From: an uncultured Clostridia bacterium
GTDB lineage: Bacteria; Bacillota; Clostridia; Oscillospirales; Acutalibacteraceae
DNA length: 64,000 nucleotides
Direction: 5' to 3'
Assembly (NCBI GenBank): GCA_944380925.1
Contig: CALWJD010000006.1
Span: forward strand, 8,395-72,394
Part shown: in pieces, positions 36,892 to 48,469 of the stretch
How positions within the stretch are numbered: position 1 is the stretch's first letter
Layout of the letters: every line of letters starts with the position of its first letter
Made by a program: the position numbers and the translations under genes
Notes under the pieces: model-generated
Databases searched by the model: none
The model's input: the letters and a program-made list of their open reading frames with translations, nothing else
Told to the model about the DNA's origin: nothing

Positions 36892-38106
36892 ATGGCTAAT
36901 GAGGCGCTTGCAATCTGCCAAAAAGAGTTTAATGAAATTGAAAAAATAAAAGAATATAATCAGCAAAAAGTGCTGGAATCTTTTATAAAATGCGGTATTA
37001 GCGAAAGCCATTTTGTTGCAACCACAGGTTATGGATATAACGATCGGGGTAGGGAAAAACTCGATGAAGTATTTGCCGATATATTTAAAACGGAAGATGC
37101 TTTGGTAAGGCATAACTTTGTAAGTGGTACTCATGCCATAGCAACAGTTTTGTTTGGAATTTTAAGACCAAACAATAAAGTTTTAAGCGTTACGGGCAAA
37201 CTTTATGATACATTATCGGATGTTATAAAGTCTGAGCCCGGTATGGGCTCGCTGAGTGACTATTCCATAGAATTTAGGTATATAGATTTTGATAAAAACG
37301 AGGGCGCTTATTTTAAATCGATTGAAAATGCTCTTTCGAACGAAGACTACAAAGCCGTTTATATTCAGCGTTCACGGGGATATAGTCTTAGAGATTCGCT
37401 AAATATAGAAAAAATAGAAAAAATAATTTCGCTCGTTAAAAATATGAATACCGAAATTTTAGTCATAGTAGATAACTGTTACGGCGAATTTGCCGAGAAA
37501 AAAGAACCCACAGAAGTGGGTGCAGATGTAATCGTCGGTTCGCTTATAAAAAATCCCGGCGGAGGTATTGCCCCAACAGGCGGATACATTGCCGGAAAGA
37601 AAAGAATTGTGGATATGTGTTCATATAGGCTCACCGCGCCCGGAATAGGAAAAGAAATTGGAGCAAACTTGGGAGTAAACAAAGAAATGTTTATGGGTAT
37701 TTTCAATGCGCCGTGCGTTGTAGGAGAAGCCCTTAAAACAGCAGTTTTCGCGGCAGCTCTATTTGAAAAAATGGGTTATAAAGTTTTTCCCAAATATAAT
37801 GAAAAAAGAGCAGATATTGTAGAATCCATAGTGCTTGAGGATTCGAGCGCTTTAATAAAATTTTGCAAAGGTATTCAAGAAGGTTCAGCTATCGATTCTT
37901 TTGTTTCCCCCGAGCCTTGGGATATGCCGGGCTACGAAGATAAGGTAATAATGGCGGCAGGAACCTTTATTTCGGGTTCTTCCTTGGAGCTTTCGGCCGA
38001 TGGCCCATTAAGACCGCCTTATGTTGTTTGGATGCAAGGAGGAACTAATTTCTACGCTGCAAAAATAGGAATTATGAAAGCTGCGGAAAAGATTTTAAAT
38101 TCTTAG
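36892..38106 (+). CDS. YnbB-like PLP-dependent lyase ('aluminium resistance' / Met gamma-lyase family)
   Basis: ATTGYGYNDRGREKLDEVFADIFKTEDALVRHNFVSGTHAI closely resembles B. subtilis YnbB. The likely start is MANEALA at 36892. Confidence 0.8.
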   Translation: MANEALAICQKEFNEIEKIKEYNQQKVLESFIKCGISESHFVATTGYGYNDRGREKLDEVFADIFKTEDALVRHNFVSGTHAIATVLFGILRPNNKVLSVTGKLYDTLSDVIKSEPGMGSLSDYSIEFRYIDFDKNEGAYFKSIENALSNEDYKAVYIQRSRGYSLRDSLNIEKIEKIISLVKNMNTEILVIVDNCYGEFAEKKEPTEVGADVIVGSLIKNPGGGIAPTGGYIAGKKRIVDMCSYRLTAPGIGKEIGANLGVNKEMFMGIFNAPCVVGEALKTAVFAAALFEKMGYKVFPKYNEKRADIVESIVLEDSSALIKFCKGIQEGSAIDSFVSPEPWDMPGYEDKVIMAAGTFISGSSLELSADGPLRPPYVVWMQGGTNFYAAKIGIMKAAEKILNS

Positions 38107-38177
38107 AATCGGTACTATTTTTCTTTTCTTTCGGCATAAATATTTTTAATAAGATATTTTTTAAGGGAGATAGAATT

Positions 38178-38465
38178 ATGAATAACGAAACAATTAACAA
38201 AGTACCAAAAATGCCGCATACACTGAGTCTTGACAACAGGAAAACACTCTCTTTAAATGGAATATCGGAAGTTGACAATTTTGATGATAAATCCATAACT
38301 GCGTGCACTGATATTGGCAAACTTAGTATAAGCGGTGAAAATTTAAATATAAAAAAATTAAATTTAGAAATCGGAGAACTGGAAGTAGAAGGCAAAGTTT
38401 CATCTTTAATATATAGTGACTGTAAATTAAGAAAAAGGAGAAAACTGTTTTTCAGATCTTTTTAA
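38178..38465 (+). CDS. yabP: sporulation protein YabP
   Basis: HTLSLDNRKTLSLNGISEVDNFDDKSI is the typical YabP core, and the gene is followed by yabQ. Confidence 0.85.
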   Translation: MNNETINKVPKMPHTLSLDNRKTLSLNGISEVDNFDDKSITACTDIGKLSISGENLNIKKLNLEIGELEVEGKVSSLIYSDCKLRKRRKLFFRSF

Positions 38466-38500
38466 AAAATTTACAGACTAATCGAAAAGGTGAAATATGG

Positions 38501-38902
38501 ATGGATGAAATTTATAAGACCCAATTTATGATTTTTTTGTTTTCTTGTTTACTGGGAGTTGCTCTAGGTTTGCTTTACGATATCTTTAGACTGATAAGAA
38601 TGATAATCAATCTACGAAATATTTTTATGTTTATCCAGGATGTTATATATTTTTTGGTAAGTGCACTTATTACCTTTTTGTTTGTACTTGTATTTAATAA
38701 GGGAGAATCTCGCTTTTATATTTTGGCGGGAGAGGGAATTGGATGGATTATCTATCATCTTACTTTTGGAGAGATGATTTACAAATGCTCCGGAAAAATT
38801 GTTGTTGTTTTAAAATCGTGTATTAACAAAATTTATTCAAAAACCAAGGGTGTAATATCGAAAATTCATAAAATGTTATTTTTCAAAACAACAAAAAAAT
38901 AA
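38501..38902 (+). CDS. yabQ: spore cortex biosynthesis protein YabQ
   Basis: Small 4-TM protein (GVALGLLYDIFR motif) in the conserved position after yabP. Confidence 0.8.
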   Translation: MDEIYKTQFMIFLFSCLLGVALGLLYDIFRLIRMIINLRNIFMFIQDVIYFLVSALITFLFVLVFNKGESRFYILAGEGIGWIIYHLTFGEMIYKCSGKIVVVLKSCINKIYSKTKGVISKIHKMLFFKTTKK

Positions 38903-39002
38903 TTATTTGCCAAAAACAAAAAAATAACTTGCATTTATATATTCATAAAGTGCATAATATAGACTGTAAACGTATCAGAAATTTTGTCAGAGGAAGTTTT
39001 AA

Positions 39003-39260
39003 ATGAAATTGTCTGCAAGAAAAAGCAAAAAATTTGTAATAAAATTTGTTATACTGTTTGCTATCGGATGTTGTATTTACTTTTTTATCAATCAAAGAAT
39101 AAAAATCAAAATGAAAAATGATGAACTCGATTATATAAATAAGCAAATAGCGGTAGAAAAGAAAAAAAGCGAAGAAATTCGTGAAAAAATGGAACAGGTT
39201 TCCGGTGAAAACGAAAATAAAAATTCCCGCACGAGGGTATTTGAAAATGTTGCGGAATAA
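39003..39260 (+). CDS. divIC: septum formation initiator (DivIC/FtsB family)
   Basis: Single N-terminal TM helix followed by a coiled coil, in the conserved position after yabQ. Confidence 0.75.
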   Translation: MKLSARKSKKFVIKFVILFAIGCCIYFFINQRIKIKMKNDELDYINKQIAVEKKKSEEIREKMEQVSGENENKNSRTRVFENVAE

Positions 39261-39299
39261 TGGATGTGTATATAAAATTGATAAGAAAGTTGGTTTTTT

Positions 39300-39743
39300 A
39301 TGGAATTTGAAATAGGGTCAATCGTAGAGGGAAAAGTTAAAAGCATCACCAATTTTGGCGCTTTTATTGATTTTGATGATGGTAAATCCGGTCTTGTACA
39401 CATTTCAGAAATTTCCAATACTTTTGTTAAAGATATAAAGGATCATTTAAAGGAAGGTCAAACCGTAAAAACCAAGGTGATAAGCAAGGACCCTTCAGGA
39501 AAGCTGGGGCTTTCCATTAAACGCATTCAGGAAGAGAAAAAACCTGAAAACAACAATGATTTTGGTAAATCCGGTGGTACCAAGAGTATTAAAAAGTTTG
39601 TCGATTCCAAATTGACTTCTAACAGATTTGAAGATATGATGGCCAAGTTTAAACAAATCAGTGATGAAAAAATAAGCAGTTTTACGGAAAAAACAAAACG
39701 CAGAGGAAATAGCAGAAAAGCTAATCATAGAACCGATTTTTAG
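39300..39743 (+). CDS. S1 RNA-binding domain protein (YabR-like)
   Basis: GSIVEGKVKSITNFGAFIDFDDGKSGLVHISEIS is an S1 domain. Confidence 0.88.
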   Translation: MEFEIGSIVEGKVKSITNFGAFIDFDDGKSGLVHISEISNTFVKDIKDHLKEGQTVKTKVISKDPSGKLGLSIKRIQEEKKPENNNDFGKSGGTKSIKKFVDSKLTSNRFEDMMAKFKQISDEKISSFTEKTKRRGNSRKANHRTDF

Positions 39744-39765
39744 TTTTATTTTTTAAAAATTTATG

Positions 39766-39806
39766 CCGAAGCTTTTTAATTTATTTAGAGCTTCGGATTA
39801 ATTTTT
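39766..39806 (+). terminator. intrinsic terminator after the S1-domain gene
   Basis: Stem ccgaagct / agcttcgg followed by attaattttt. Confidence 0.7.
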
Positions 39807-39899
39807 GTTCAAAATACAGGTTAATTGCAAACCGGTTGTAATTGACTAAGTTTTACTATAAAATAAAAGATTATGGATAAGTTTTTTTAGGAGGCAAAT

Positions 39900-40742
39900 A
39901 TGAAACTTAAATTTACAAAAATGCATGGTTGCGGTAATGATTACGTTTATGTAAATTGTTTTGAACAGACGATTGAAGATCCGGCAAAACTCAGTTGTTT
40001 ACTTTCGGATAGACGCCACAGTATAGGCGGAGACGGAATAATACTGATTTGCAAGTCCGAAGTAGCCGATGCCAAAATGAGAATTTTTAATAAAGACGGC
40101 AGCGAAGGAAAAATGTGCGGTAACGGCATAAGGTGCGTTGCAAAATATCTTTACGACTCCGGATTAATCAAAAACAAAGATGACATAAAAATTGAAACCT
40201 TAAGCGGTATAAAGTATCTAAAGATATTAGAAAATAAAGATAATGAAGCTTTAGTTAAAGTAAATATGGGTAAGGCAGATCTTAGTTCAAAAAGTATTCC
40301 CATGATTTTTGAAAAAGATACGGTAATAAACGAACCCATAACTCTAAATAACGAAGTTTACAATATTACTTGTGTTTCTATGGGTAACCCGCACGCAGTT
40401 ATATTTTGCGATGAAGTTTATTCGGCAAAAGTTAAGGAAATCGGTTCGAAACTATCTTCGCATAGAATTTTCCCGGAAGGTGTAAACGTTGAGTTTGTAG
40501 GAATTGTTGATAAAAATAACATTACAATGCGTGTGTGGGAACGCGGAAGCGGCGAAACACTTGCATGCGGAAGCGGAGCTTGTGCCAGCGTTGTTGCAGC
40601 GGTTGAAAATGGATTTTGCAATAAAAATGAAGATGTAACGGTACATTTGCGCGGCGGAAAATTGATTGTAAATTACTCAGATGAAAGAGTATTTTTAACG
40701 GGAAATGCAGTTAGAGTTTTTGAAGGAGAAATAACAGTATGA
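39900..40742 (+). CDS. dapF: diaminopimelate epimerase
   Basis: [10 protein letters not shown]-terminus and both catalytic Cys motifs ([16 protein letters not shown]). Confidence 0.95.
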   Translation: MKLKFTKMHGCGNDYVYVNCFEQTIEDPAKLSCLLSDRRHSIGGDGIILICKSEVADAKMRIFNKDGSEGKMCGNGIRCVAKYLYDSGLIKNKDDIKIETLSGIKYLKILENKDNEALVKVNMGKADLSSKSIPMIFEKDTVINEPITLNNEVYNITCVSMGNPHAVIFCDEVYSAKVKEIGSKLSSHRIFPEGVNVEFVGIVDKNNITMRVWERGSGETLACGSGACASVVAAVENGFCNKNEDVTVHLRGGKLIVNYSDERVFLTGNAVRVFEGEITV

Positions 40743-42334
40743 CAAAATATGTTTTTGTAACAGGCGGAGTGGTTTCGGGTTTAGGAAAGGGCATAACCGC
40801 CGCTTCGCTCGGCAGGCTTTTAAAATCAAGAGGGCTAAAAGTAATGGCTCAAAAGTTAGATCCCTATATAAACGTGGACCCCGGAACCATGAGCCCTTAT
40901 CAACATGGTGAGGTTTTTGTTACGGAAGACGGAGCAGAAACGGACCTTGACCTTGGGCACTATGAAAGGTTTATAGACGAAAACCTTAATAAATATTCTA
41001 ATTTAACCACCGGTAAAGTCTATTGGAATGTTTTGCAAAAAGAAAGAAAAGGTGAATATTTGGGGGAAACAATCCAAGTTATTCCTCATATCACCAACGA
41101 AATAAAGAAATTTATATATTCGGTAGGTAAAAAGTCTAACGCCGATGTGGTTATAACAGAAATAGGCGGTACCACGGGAGATATAGAAAGCCAGCCTTTC
41201 TTGGAAGCAATAAGACAAGTTTCTCTGGAAGTTGGAAAAGAAAATTGTATTTTCATTCATGTAACTTTAATTCCCTATATAGTAAGTTCAGGTGAGTATA
41301 AATCCAAGCCCACTCAGCATTCCGTCAAAGAATTAAGGTCACTTGGAATTAACCCTGATATTATCGTAGCGCGTTGTGATAAGCCCCTTACAAAAAGTAT
41401 ACAGGATAAAATTTCCCTGTTTTGTAACGTTAAACCCGATTGCGTTATAAATAATATAACTGTTTCGTCACTTTACCACGCTCCTTCTATGCTTGAAGAA
41501 AGCAATTTTTCGGATATAGTATGCAGAGAACTTCATTTAGATTGTCCCAAGTGCAATATGTCTGAATGGAACGAAATGTTAAAAAGAATAGATAACCGCA
41601 AGCGCAAAGCAAAAATTGCGCTGGTCGGAAAATATGTTCAGCTCCATGATGCATACCTTTCTGTTGCAGAAGCCTTAAATCACGGCGGATTTGAAACAGA
41701 TACAAATGTTGAAATTAAATGGGTAGATTCTGAATTTATAACCAAGTTTACCGTTAAAGATCACCTGAGCGATTGTGATGGAATTTTAGTTCCGGGAGGT
41801 TTTGGCGGAAGAGGTATTGAAGGAAAGCTCGAAGCCGCAAAATACGCACGTGAAAACAACATTCCCTATCTTGGTATTTGCCTTGGTATGCAAGCGGCTG
41901 TCATCGAGTTTTCAAGGAATGTTTTGGGGTTGCCGGATGCCAATTCGGAAGAATTTGATCCTGAAAGTAAAAATTTAGTTATCCATCTTATGAACGACCA
42001 AAAAGATAAAGAGCAAAAAGGCGGCACCATGCGTTTGGGAGCATATCCGTGTATTATCAAGGATCAATCGCTTATGAGTAATGCTTATGGTAAACAAGAG
42101 GTTTTTGAACGCCACCGCCACAGATATGAATTTAATAATGAATATCGTGATGAAGTAGAAAAACATGGCATGAAGATTACAGGTGTTTCGCCAAACGGAG
42201 TGTTGGTTGAAGCGGTTGAAATACCAAACCATAAATTTTTCGTAGGCGTACAGTATCATCCGGAATTTAAAAGCCGCCCAAATCATGCGCACCCACTTTT
42301 CCGTGAGTTTGTAAGAGCAGCAAGCCACGCATAA
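40739..42334 (+). CDS. pyrG: CTP synthase
   Basis: [18 protein letters not shown]-terminus and the glutamine amidotransferase motif GICLGMQ. Its start overlaps the dapF stop (ATGA). Confidence 0.97.
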   Translation: MTKYVFVTGGVVSGLGKGITAASLGRLLKSRGLKVMAQKLDPYINVDPGTMSPYQHGEVFVTEDGAETDLDLGHYERFIDENLNKYSNLTTGKVYWNVLQKERKGEYLGETIQVIPHITNEIKKFIYSVGKKSNADVVITEIGGTTGDIESQPFLEAIRQVSLEVGKENCIFIHVTLIPYIVSSGEYKSKPTQHSVKELRSLGINPDIIVARCDKPLTKSIQDKISLFCNVKPDCVINNITVSSLYHAPSMLEESNFSDIVCRELHLDCPKCNMSEWNEMLKRIDNRKRKAKIALVGKYVQLHDAYLSVAEALNHGGFETDTNVEIKWVDSEFITKFTVKDHLSDCDGILVPGGFGGRGIEGKLEAAKYARENNIPYLGICLGMQAAVIEFSRNVLGLPDANSEEFDPESKNLVIHLMNDQKDKEQKGGTMRLGAYPCIIKDQSLMSNAYGKQEVFERHRHRYEFNNEYRDEVEKHGMKITGVSPNGVLVEAVEIPNHKFFVGVQYHPEFKSRPNHAHPLFREFVRAASHA

Positions 42335-42359
42335 ATTTGAATCAGTGAGGAATTTACAG

Positions 42360-43544
42360 ATGATTAAAGTTAATAAAAATTTTGAAAATCTCAAAAAAAA
42401 TTATCTTTTTGTCGAAATGGAAAACCGTATAAAAGCATACCAAGAAAAAAATCCTCAAGCTAAAATAATAAGACTAGGCATTGGTGATGTTACTTTGCCG
42501 TTATGCCAAACGGTAATAAAAGCCATGCATGAAGCCGTTGATGAAATGGCAAAGAAAGAAACTTTTAAGGGATATGGCCCTTCCAATGGGTATGAATTTT
42601 TAAGGGAGGCAATTAGCAAAAGCTATTTAAAATATGATATAGAAATTGATAAAAATGACGTATATGTTTCCGACGGTGCTAAGAGTGATACGGCGAACAT
42701 TATGGATATTTTTGATGCAAGCGGAGATGTTTTAATTCCAGATCCTGCATATCCCGTTTATGTTGATTCTTCAATAATTGCCGGAAAAAATATCCATTTC
42801 GTCAAAGCTACTCAAGAAAATGGATTTCTGCCAATGCCCGATTATAAAATTTCGCCATCTTTGATTTATATCTGCTCACCGAACAATCCGACAGGTGCAG
42901 TATATGACAAGGAGCAGCTAAAAAAATGGGTTGATTATGCGCTTGATAAACAGGCAATAATAATTTTTGATGCAGCTTATGAACCTTTTATAGTAGATAA
43001 AGATTTGCCACACAGTATTTATGAAATAGAAAATGCCAAAAAATGCGCGATAGAAGTGTGTTCATTTTCAAAAGGTGCAGGCTTTACGGGAATAAGGTGT
43101 GCATATACCGTAGTGCCTTCAGAAATTAAGGTTGATGGCAAAAAAATCGGAGATATTTGGATGCGCAGGCAGTCTTGTAAATTTAACGGTGCCACCTATA
43201 TAACACAAAAAGCGGCCCTGGCTGCACTTTCCGAAAATGGCCAAAAAGAAAATAAAGAAATGGTAGATTACTACCGCCGAAATGCAAAGGTTCTCGTTGA
43301 TACAATGAAAAAACTCGGTATTTGGCATGTTGGGGGAGAAAATTCACCGTATGTTTGGATAAAATGCCCCAACAACATGAAATCATGGGATTTCTTTGAT
43401 TTGCTTTTGGAAAAAGCCAACATAGTAGGTACTCCGGGAGCAGGGTTTGGAGATAGCGGAGAAGGTTACTTTAGATTCTCGTCTTTCGGTAATTATGAGG
43501 ACGTTTTAGAAGCCGCATCAAGGCTTGAAAAATTAGATTTTTAG
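42360..43544 (+). CDS. dapL: LL-diaminopimelate aminotransferase
   Basis: N-terminus KVNKNFENLKKNYLFVEMENRI, and a PLP-lysine region in SFSKGAGFTGIRC. The ATG at 42360 is preceded by GAGGA. Confidence 0.85.
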   Translation: MIKVNKNFENLKKNYLFVEMENRIKAYQEKNPQAKIIRLGIGDVTLPLCQTVIKAMHEAVDEMAKKETFKGYGPSNGYEFLREAISKSYLKYDIEIDKNDVYVSDGAKSDTANIMDIFDASGDVLIPDPAYPVYVDSSIIAGKNIHFVKATQENGFLPMPDYKISPSLIYICSPNNPTGAVYDKEQLKKWVDYALDKQAIIIFDAAYEPFIVDKDLPHSIYEIENAKKCAIEVCSFSKGAGFTGIRCAYTVVPSEIKVDGKKIGDIWMRRQSCKFNGATYITQKAALAALSENGQKENKEMVDYYRRNAKVLVDTMKKLGIWHVGGENSPYVWIKCPNNMKSWDFFDLLLEKANIVGTPGAGFGDSGEGYFRFSSFGNYEDVLEAASRLEKLDF

Positions 43545-43571
43545 TATTATTAAATTTTTGGAGGAAAAATA

Positions 43572-44648
43572 ATGTCATTTGATAAGAACAAAGCATTGGA
43601 AACAGCACTCGGACAAATTGAAAAACAATTCGGTAAAGGCGCCGTAATGAAGCTCGGCAAAAATGAAGCTATGCATGTAGATGCAATATCTACCGGTTCG
43701 CTTTCACTGGATATCGCACTCGGAATAGGCGGTTTACCGCGCGGAAGGATAATTGAAATATATGGCCCCGAATCTTCCGGTAAAACAACATTGGCGCTTT
43801 CTTGTATTGCACAAGGTCAAAAAATGGGTGGAAACGCAGCATTTATCGATGTTGAACACGCTCTCGACCCTGTTTATGCTTCAAATTTAGGAGTAGATAT
43901 CGATTCACTCTTAGTTTCGCAGCCCGATACAGGCGAACAAGCGCTTGAAATTACAGAATCTTTAGTACGCTCAGGCGCTATCGATGTTATAGTTGTGGAC
44001 TCTGTTGCGGCGCTAGTTCCAAGAGCAGAAATAGAAGGCGAAATGGGAGATTCGCACGTAGGACTTCAGGCACGCTTGATGTCACAAGCCCTTAGAAAGT
44101 TAGCAGGCGCTATTTCAAAATCTAACTGCATTGCAATATTTATAAATCAGCTCCGTGAAAAAGTTGGTATAATGTTTGGAAATCCGGAAGTAACTCCGGG
44201 CGGAAGAGCGCTTAAGTTTTATTCATCCGTAAGAATAGACATCAGGAGAATCGAAACACTTAAATCAAATGGCGAAATGATTGGCTCACGTACAAGAGCA
44301 AAAGTGGTTAAAAATAAGATTGCTCCGCCATTTAGAGAGGCTGAATTTGACGTCATGTATGGCGAAGGAATATCACACGAAGGTGAAATTCTTGACTTGG
44401 CTGTTAAATTAGATGTTATCCAAAAAAGTGGTTCATGGTTTGCATATGGAGATAAAAAATTAGGTCAAGGAAGAGATAAAACAAAAGAGTTCTTGCGTGA
44501 TAATCCGGGAATTGCTTCCGAAATTGAAAATAAGGTACGCAAATCTTCAGAAACTATTTACGCAAAGCCCTCTATGGCTCGTAATATGGAGGCCCAGACA
44601 TCGGCGGATTTAAAAGAAGAACAATCCGAAGAACCTGAAAAAGAATAA
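43572..44648 (+). CDS. recA: recombinase RecA
   Basis: GPESSGKTT Walker A motif and overall RecA sequence. Confidence 0.98.
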   Translation: MSFDKNKALETALGQIEKQFGKGAVMKLGKNEAMHVDAISTGSLSLDIALGIGGLPRGRIIEIYGPESSGKTTLALSCIAQGQKMGGNAAFIDVEHALDPVYASNLGVDIDSLLVSQPDTGEQALEITESLVRSGAIDVIVVDSVAALVPRAEIEGEMGDSHVGLQARLMSQALRKLAGAISKSNCIAIFINQLREKVGIMFGNPEVTPGGRALKFYSSVRIDIRRIETLKSNGEMIGSRTRAKVVKNKIAPPFREAEFDVMYGEGISHEGEILDLAVKLDVIQKSGSWFAYGDKKLGQGRDKTKEFLRDNPGIASEIENKVRKSSETIYAKPSMARNMEAQTSADLKEEQSEEPEKE

Positions 44649-44679
44649 TACGATTTTATAAAAATCCGGAGGCATATAT

Positions 44680-45294
44680 ATGATAATTACCGCTGTAAAA
44701 AAATCGAAAAAAGGTAATATTCTTATATATGCCGATGGTTCTTATTTAACCAGTGTATGCCCGGAAGTATTTTTAAAAAGCGGTTTGAAAGTCGGAAGTT
44801 ATATAGATAGTGAAACTACCGAAAAACTAAACGAACAAATAAATTTAAACAAAGCCAAAGAAAAAGCATTCAGACTTCTTTCTTTAAGAGCGCATTCCAA
44901 AAAAGAATTGGAGAACAAAATAACGCGTTCTTTAGGAGAGGAATATGCCAAGAAAACAGCATCTAAAATGGAAGAGTTAGGCCTTTTAAATGATAAAGAG
45001 TTTGCACTTTCTTACGCCAAAGAACTTATTTTTAGAAAGTTTCATGCAACAAATAGGGTAAGATATGAACTTTCAGAAAAAGGTATATCGGGCGACGTAA
45101 TAGATTTGGTTTTGGAAGAGATAGATCCTAATGAAGATGAAAACATAAAAAACATTTTAGAAAAAAAGTATATTAGTAAAGGAAAGTCCTTAAAAGACGA
45201 AAAAGAATTTAGAAAGGCTGTTTCGTATTGCCAAAGGCTTGGCTATAGTTGGACACAAATAAAAAGAGGGGTGAATTTTTTTGACAACGAGTAA
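44680..45294 (+). CDS. recX: RecA regulator RecX
   Basis: Position after recA. The helical-repeat sequence includes AFRLLSLRAHSKKELENKI. Confidence 0.85.
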   Translation: MIITAVKKSKKGNILIYADGSYLTSVCPEVFLKSGLKVGSYIDSETTEKLNEQINLNKAKEKAFRLLSLRAHSKKELENKITRSLGEEYAKKTASKMEELGLLNDKEFALSYAKELIFRKFHATNRVRYELSEKGISGDVIDLVLEEIDPNEDENIKNILEKKYISKGKSLKDEKEFRKAVSYCQRLGYSWTQIKRGVNFFDNE

Positions 45295-45871
45295 AAGTGC
45301 AGAAAATATAATGAACATAGCAAATATTCTGACTATTTTCAGAGTGTTTTTGATTTTTCCTGCAGTTTTATTTGTTGTTTGGCCCGTTCCTTTTCATCTG
45401 GTTTACGCATTTTTGATATTTATATTAGCTTCATATACCGATCATTTAGATGGTAAAATTGCGAGAAAATTTGGGTACATAACAAATTTTGGAAAAATAA
45501 TGGACCCTTTGGCAGATAAATTAATGGTAATTTCTATTCTAACTTGTTTTTGCTTCCTAGGATTTTGCTCTTGGTGGCCGGTGATACTGATTGCTTTGCG
45601 CGAAACGCTAATTACAATAGTTCGGATTTTTGCTTTGAAAAATGAAAGTAAAGTAATACCTGCAAACAATTGGGGCAAAATCAAAACGCTTAGCCAAATA
45701 TTTGCTATTTGTTTTATATTTTTACTTAAGATTCTTTGTAAGCATACTTCTTTACCGCACTACATATTAAATTTTTTAGATATTTCGGGAATTTTATTAA
45801 TATGGTTAAGTGTAGTATTTTCTTGGATATCCGGAATCATATATCTTCGCAATATTAAATTTTTTAAATAA
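45281..45871 (+). CDS. pgsA: CDP-diacylglycerol--glycerol-3-phosphate 3-phosphatidyltransferase
   Basis: CDP-alcohol phosphotransferase motif DHLDGKIARKFGYITNFGKIMDPLADK. The alternative start is MNIANILT at 45311. Confidence 0.9.
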   Translation: MTTSKSAENIMNIANILTIFRVFLIFPAVLFVVWPVPFHLVYAFLIFILASYTDHLDGKIARKFGYITNFGKIMDPLADKLMVISILTCFCFLGFCSWWPVILIALRETLITIVRIFALKNESKVIPANNWGKIKTLSQIFAICFIFLLKILCKHTSLPHYILNFLDISGILLIWLSVVFSWISGIIYLRNIKFFK

Positions 45872-45885
45872 ATGGGGGAAACAGG

Positions 45886-47289
45886 GTGAAATTATATAAC
45901 ACTTTTACGAACAAAAAAGAAGAATTTATACCGATAGAAAAAAACAAAGCTAAAATTTACGCTTGCGGTCCAACTGTTTATAATTATATTCATGTTGGTA
46001 ATTCCAGACCGATTTGTGTTTTTGACGTTCTTAGAAGATACTTAAAATATGTTGGATACGATGTTACTTTTGTTCAGAATTTTACCGATGTGGATGATAA
46101 GATAATAAAAAAAGCAATTGAAGAAAAATCAGATTTTTTAACGGTTTCAAAAAAATATATAGAAGAATATAAAAAGGATGCTAAGGGGCTTAATATCAAA
46201 GAAGCTAATTTTCACCCTAAAGCCACCGAAAACATCGATGAAATAATAAGAATAATAAAACTGTTAATAGATAAAAAGTTTGCATATTCCTTGCCAAACG
46301 GCGATGTATATTTTAGCACTCGCTCATTTAAAGATTACGGCAAGCTTTCAGGCCAAACAATAGATGATTTGCGCTCCGGTGCAAGAATCCAAATCGATGA
46401 GCTTAAAAAAGACCCGCTAGATTTTGCCCTTTGGAAAGCCGCAAAACCCGGAGAGCCCTATTGGGAAAGCCCCTGGGGAAAAGGTAGACCCGGATGGCAC
46501 ATAGAATGCTCCGCAATGGCAGGAAGGTATTTGGGTAAAACAATTGATATTCACTGCGGTGGCCAAGATTTAATTTTCCCGCATCACGAAAACGAAATTG
46601 CTCAAAGCGAGTGCGCAAATGGAGTTAAATTTGCAAATTACTGGCTACATAACGGATACATAAATGTTAATAGTCAAAAAATGTCGAAATCGCTCGGGAA
46701 TTTCTTTACCGTTCGGGAAATTGCAGAAAAGTACGGCTATGAACCAATAAGATATCTGATGATTTCTTCCCATTACAGAAGTCCAATTAATTTTAGCGAA
46801 GAAATTATAATGCAGTGCAAATCAGCGCTCGAACGCCTTTATACTTTTGAAGAAAACTTAAGTTTTGCAATTAAAAACGCAGAAGATTCAGATGATTTAC
46901 AAAATCCAATCAATTTAAAAGGTTATAAAAATAAATTTATTGAAGAAATGGATGATGATTTAAATACCGCAGACGCTTTGGGCGTTATATTTGAATACGT
47001 AAAAGAAGTTAATTTAAAAGTACTTTCAAAATCAAATACAAATAAAAAAGCTCTTGAAGAAATTCTAAGTTTATTCCATGAAATGACGGACGTACTCGGA
47101 ATTTTATATAATGCAAAATCAAATAATAATTCTTTAGATGTAAATGAAATTGAAAGTCTTATAAAAGAGCGTGAGATCGCAAGGCAGGAAAAAAATTGGA
47201 AACGTGCCGATGAAATACGCGATGAACTCAAAAGCAAAAACGTAATAATAGAGGATACTGCAAAAGGCACAAAATATAGTATAAAGTAA
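45886..47289 (+). CDS. cysS: cysteine--tRNA ligase
   Basis: A HIGN-type motif (YIHVGNSR) and KMSKS are present. GTG start with GGGGGA upstream. There is no T-box, since the gene lies only 14 nt after pgsA. Confidence 0.96.
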   Translation: MKLYNTFTNKKEEFIPIEKNKAKIYACGPTVYNYIHVGNSRPICVFDVLRRYLKYVGYDVTFVQNFTDVDDKIIKKAIEEKSDFLTVSKKYIEEYKKDAKGLNIKEANFHPKATENIDEIIRIIKLLIDKKFAYSLPNGDVYFSTRSFKDYGKLSGQTIDDLRSGARIQIDELKKDPLDFALWKAAKPGEPYWESPWGKGRPGWHIECSAMAGRYLGKTIDIHCGGQDLIFPHHENEIAQSECANGVKFANYWLHNGYINVNSQKMSKSLGNFFTVREIAEKYGYEPIRYLMISSHYRSPINFSEEIIMQCKSALERLYTFEENLSFAIKNAEDSDDLQNPINLKGYKNKFIEEMDDDLNTADALGVIFEYVKEVNLKVLSKSNTNKKALEEILSLFHEMTDVLGILYNAKSNNNSLDVNEIESLIKEREIARQEKNWKRADEIRDELKSKNVIIEDTAKGTKYSIK

Positions 47290-47311
47290 AGGTTGGTGAC
47301 AAATTCATAAA

Positions 47312-48433
47312 ATGAAATCATCAATAATAATGCTCGATAAAATAAATATTTCATTCGAAAATGAACAAATACTAAATAATCTTAGTTTAAGCATCAAAGA
47401 AGGCGAATTTGTAACATTGCTTGGGCCTTCCGGTTGCGGTAAAACTACAACGCTCAGAATTATTGCGGGATTTCTTTCTCCCGATAGCGGAAATATATTT
47501 TTTAAAGGTAAACAGATTAATAAAGTGCCTGCGCATAAACGTGCTGTTAATACAATATTTCAAAAATATGCTCTTTTCCCACATTTAAATGTTTATGAAA
47601 ACGTGGCATTTGGTCTTAGAATTCAGAAAAAACCGGAACATGAAATTAAAGAAAAAGTCCATGAAATGCTAAAAATGGTAAACCTTAGCGGATATGTCGA
47701 CCGAAACATAGACTCTCTTTCCGGCGGCCAGCAACAAAGGGTGGCCATTGCGCGCGCGCTTGCCAATAATCCTAAAATTTTGCTTTTGGACGAACCGTTG
47801 GGGGCGCTTGATTTAAAACTTAGAAAGGATATGCAGACGGAACTTAAAAATATCCACCAGCGTACGGGAATAACGTTTGTTTTGGTAACGCATGACCAAG
47901 AAGAAGCACTTTCTATGTCCGATACGGTTGTTGTTATGGATAAAGGCAGAATTCAGCAGATTGGGTCTCCAACCGATATTTACAACGAGCCTCAAAACGC
48001 TTTTGTTGCCGATTTTATAGGCGAAAGTAATATCGTTGAGGGTTTAATGATAGAGGATTTTAAAGTTAAGTTTGCCGGAAAAGAGTTTGAGTGTATAGAT
48101 AAGGGCTTTGGAAAAATGTCGCCCGTCGATGTTGTTATACGGCCTGAAGATATAAAGGTAACATCGCCCGAAGAAGGCCAGATATCGGGTACGGTAACTT
48201 CAGTTACTTTCAAAGGAGTACACAACGAAATAATAGTTGATGTTGACGGATTTAAATGGATGATACAGACCACAGAAAATCAGGAAGAAAATGATAAAAT
48301 AGGCATGCTTATAGACCCGGATGATATACACATTATGAGAAAATCTATCTATTCTTCAAAAGTTGGAGATTACAGTGCGTTTAGTGATGAGTTTTATGAA
48401 GAACAACATAGTACTAAAAACAATATCAAATAA
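47312..48433 (+). CDS. potA: spermidine/putrescine ABC transporter ATP-binding protein
   Basis: GPSGCGKTT Walker A, the [15 protein letters not shown] signature, and a PotA-type C-terminal regulatory domain. Confidence 0.9.
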   Translation: MKSSIIMLDKINISFENEQILNNLSLSIKEGEFVTLLGPSGCGKTTTLRIIAGFLSPDSGNIFFKGKQINKVPAHKRAVNTIFQKYALFPHLNVYENVAFGLRIQKKPEHEIKEKVHEMLKMVNLSGYVDRNIDSLSGGQQQRVAIARALANNPKILLLDEPLGALDLKLRKDMQTELKNIHQRTGITFVLVTHDQEEALSMSDTVVVMDKGRIQQIGSPTDIYNEPQNAFVADFIGESNIVEGLMIEDFKVKFAGKEFECIDKGFGKMSPVDVVIRPEDIKVTSPEEGQISGTVTSVTFKGVHNEIIVDVDGFKWMIQTTENQEENDKIGMLIDPDDIHIMRKSIYSSKVGDYSAFSDEFYEEQHSTKNNIK

Positions 48434-48469
48434 CAAGAAATACTAAATGGGAAATGGGGGAACGCCAAA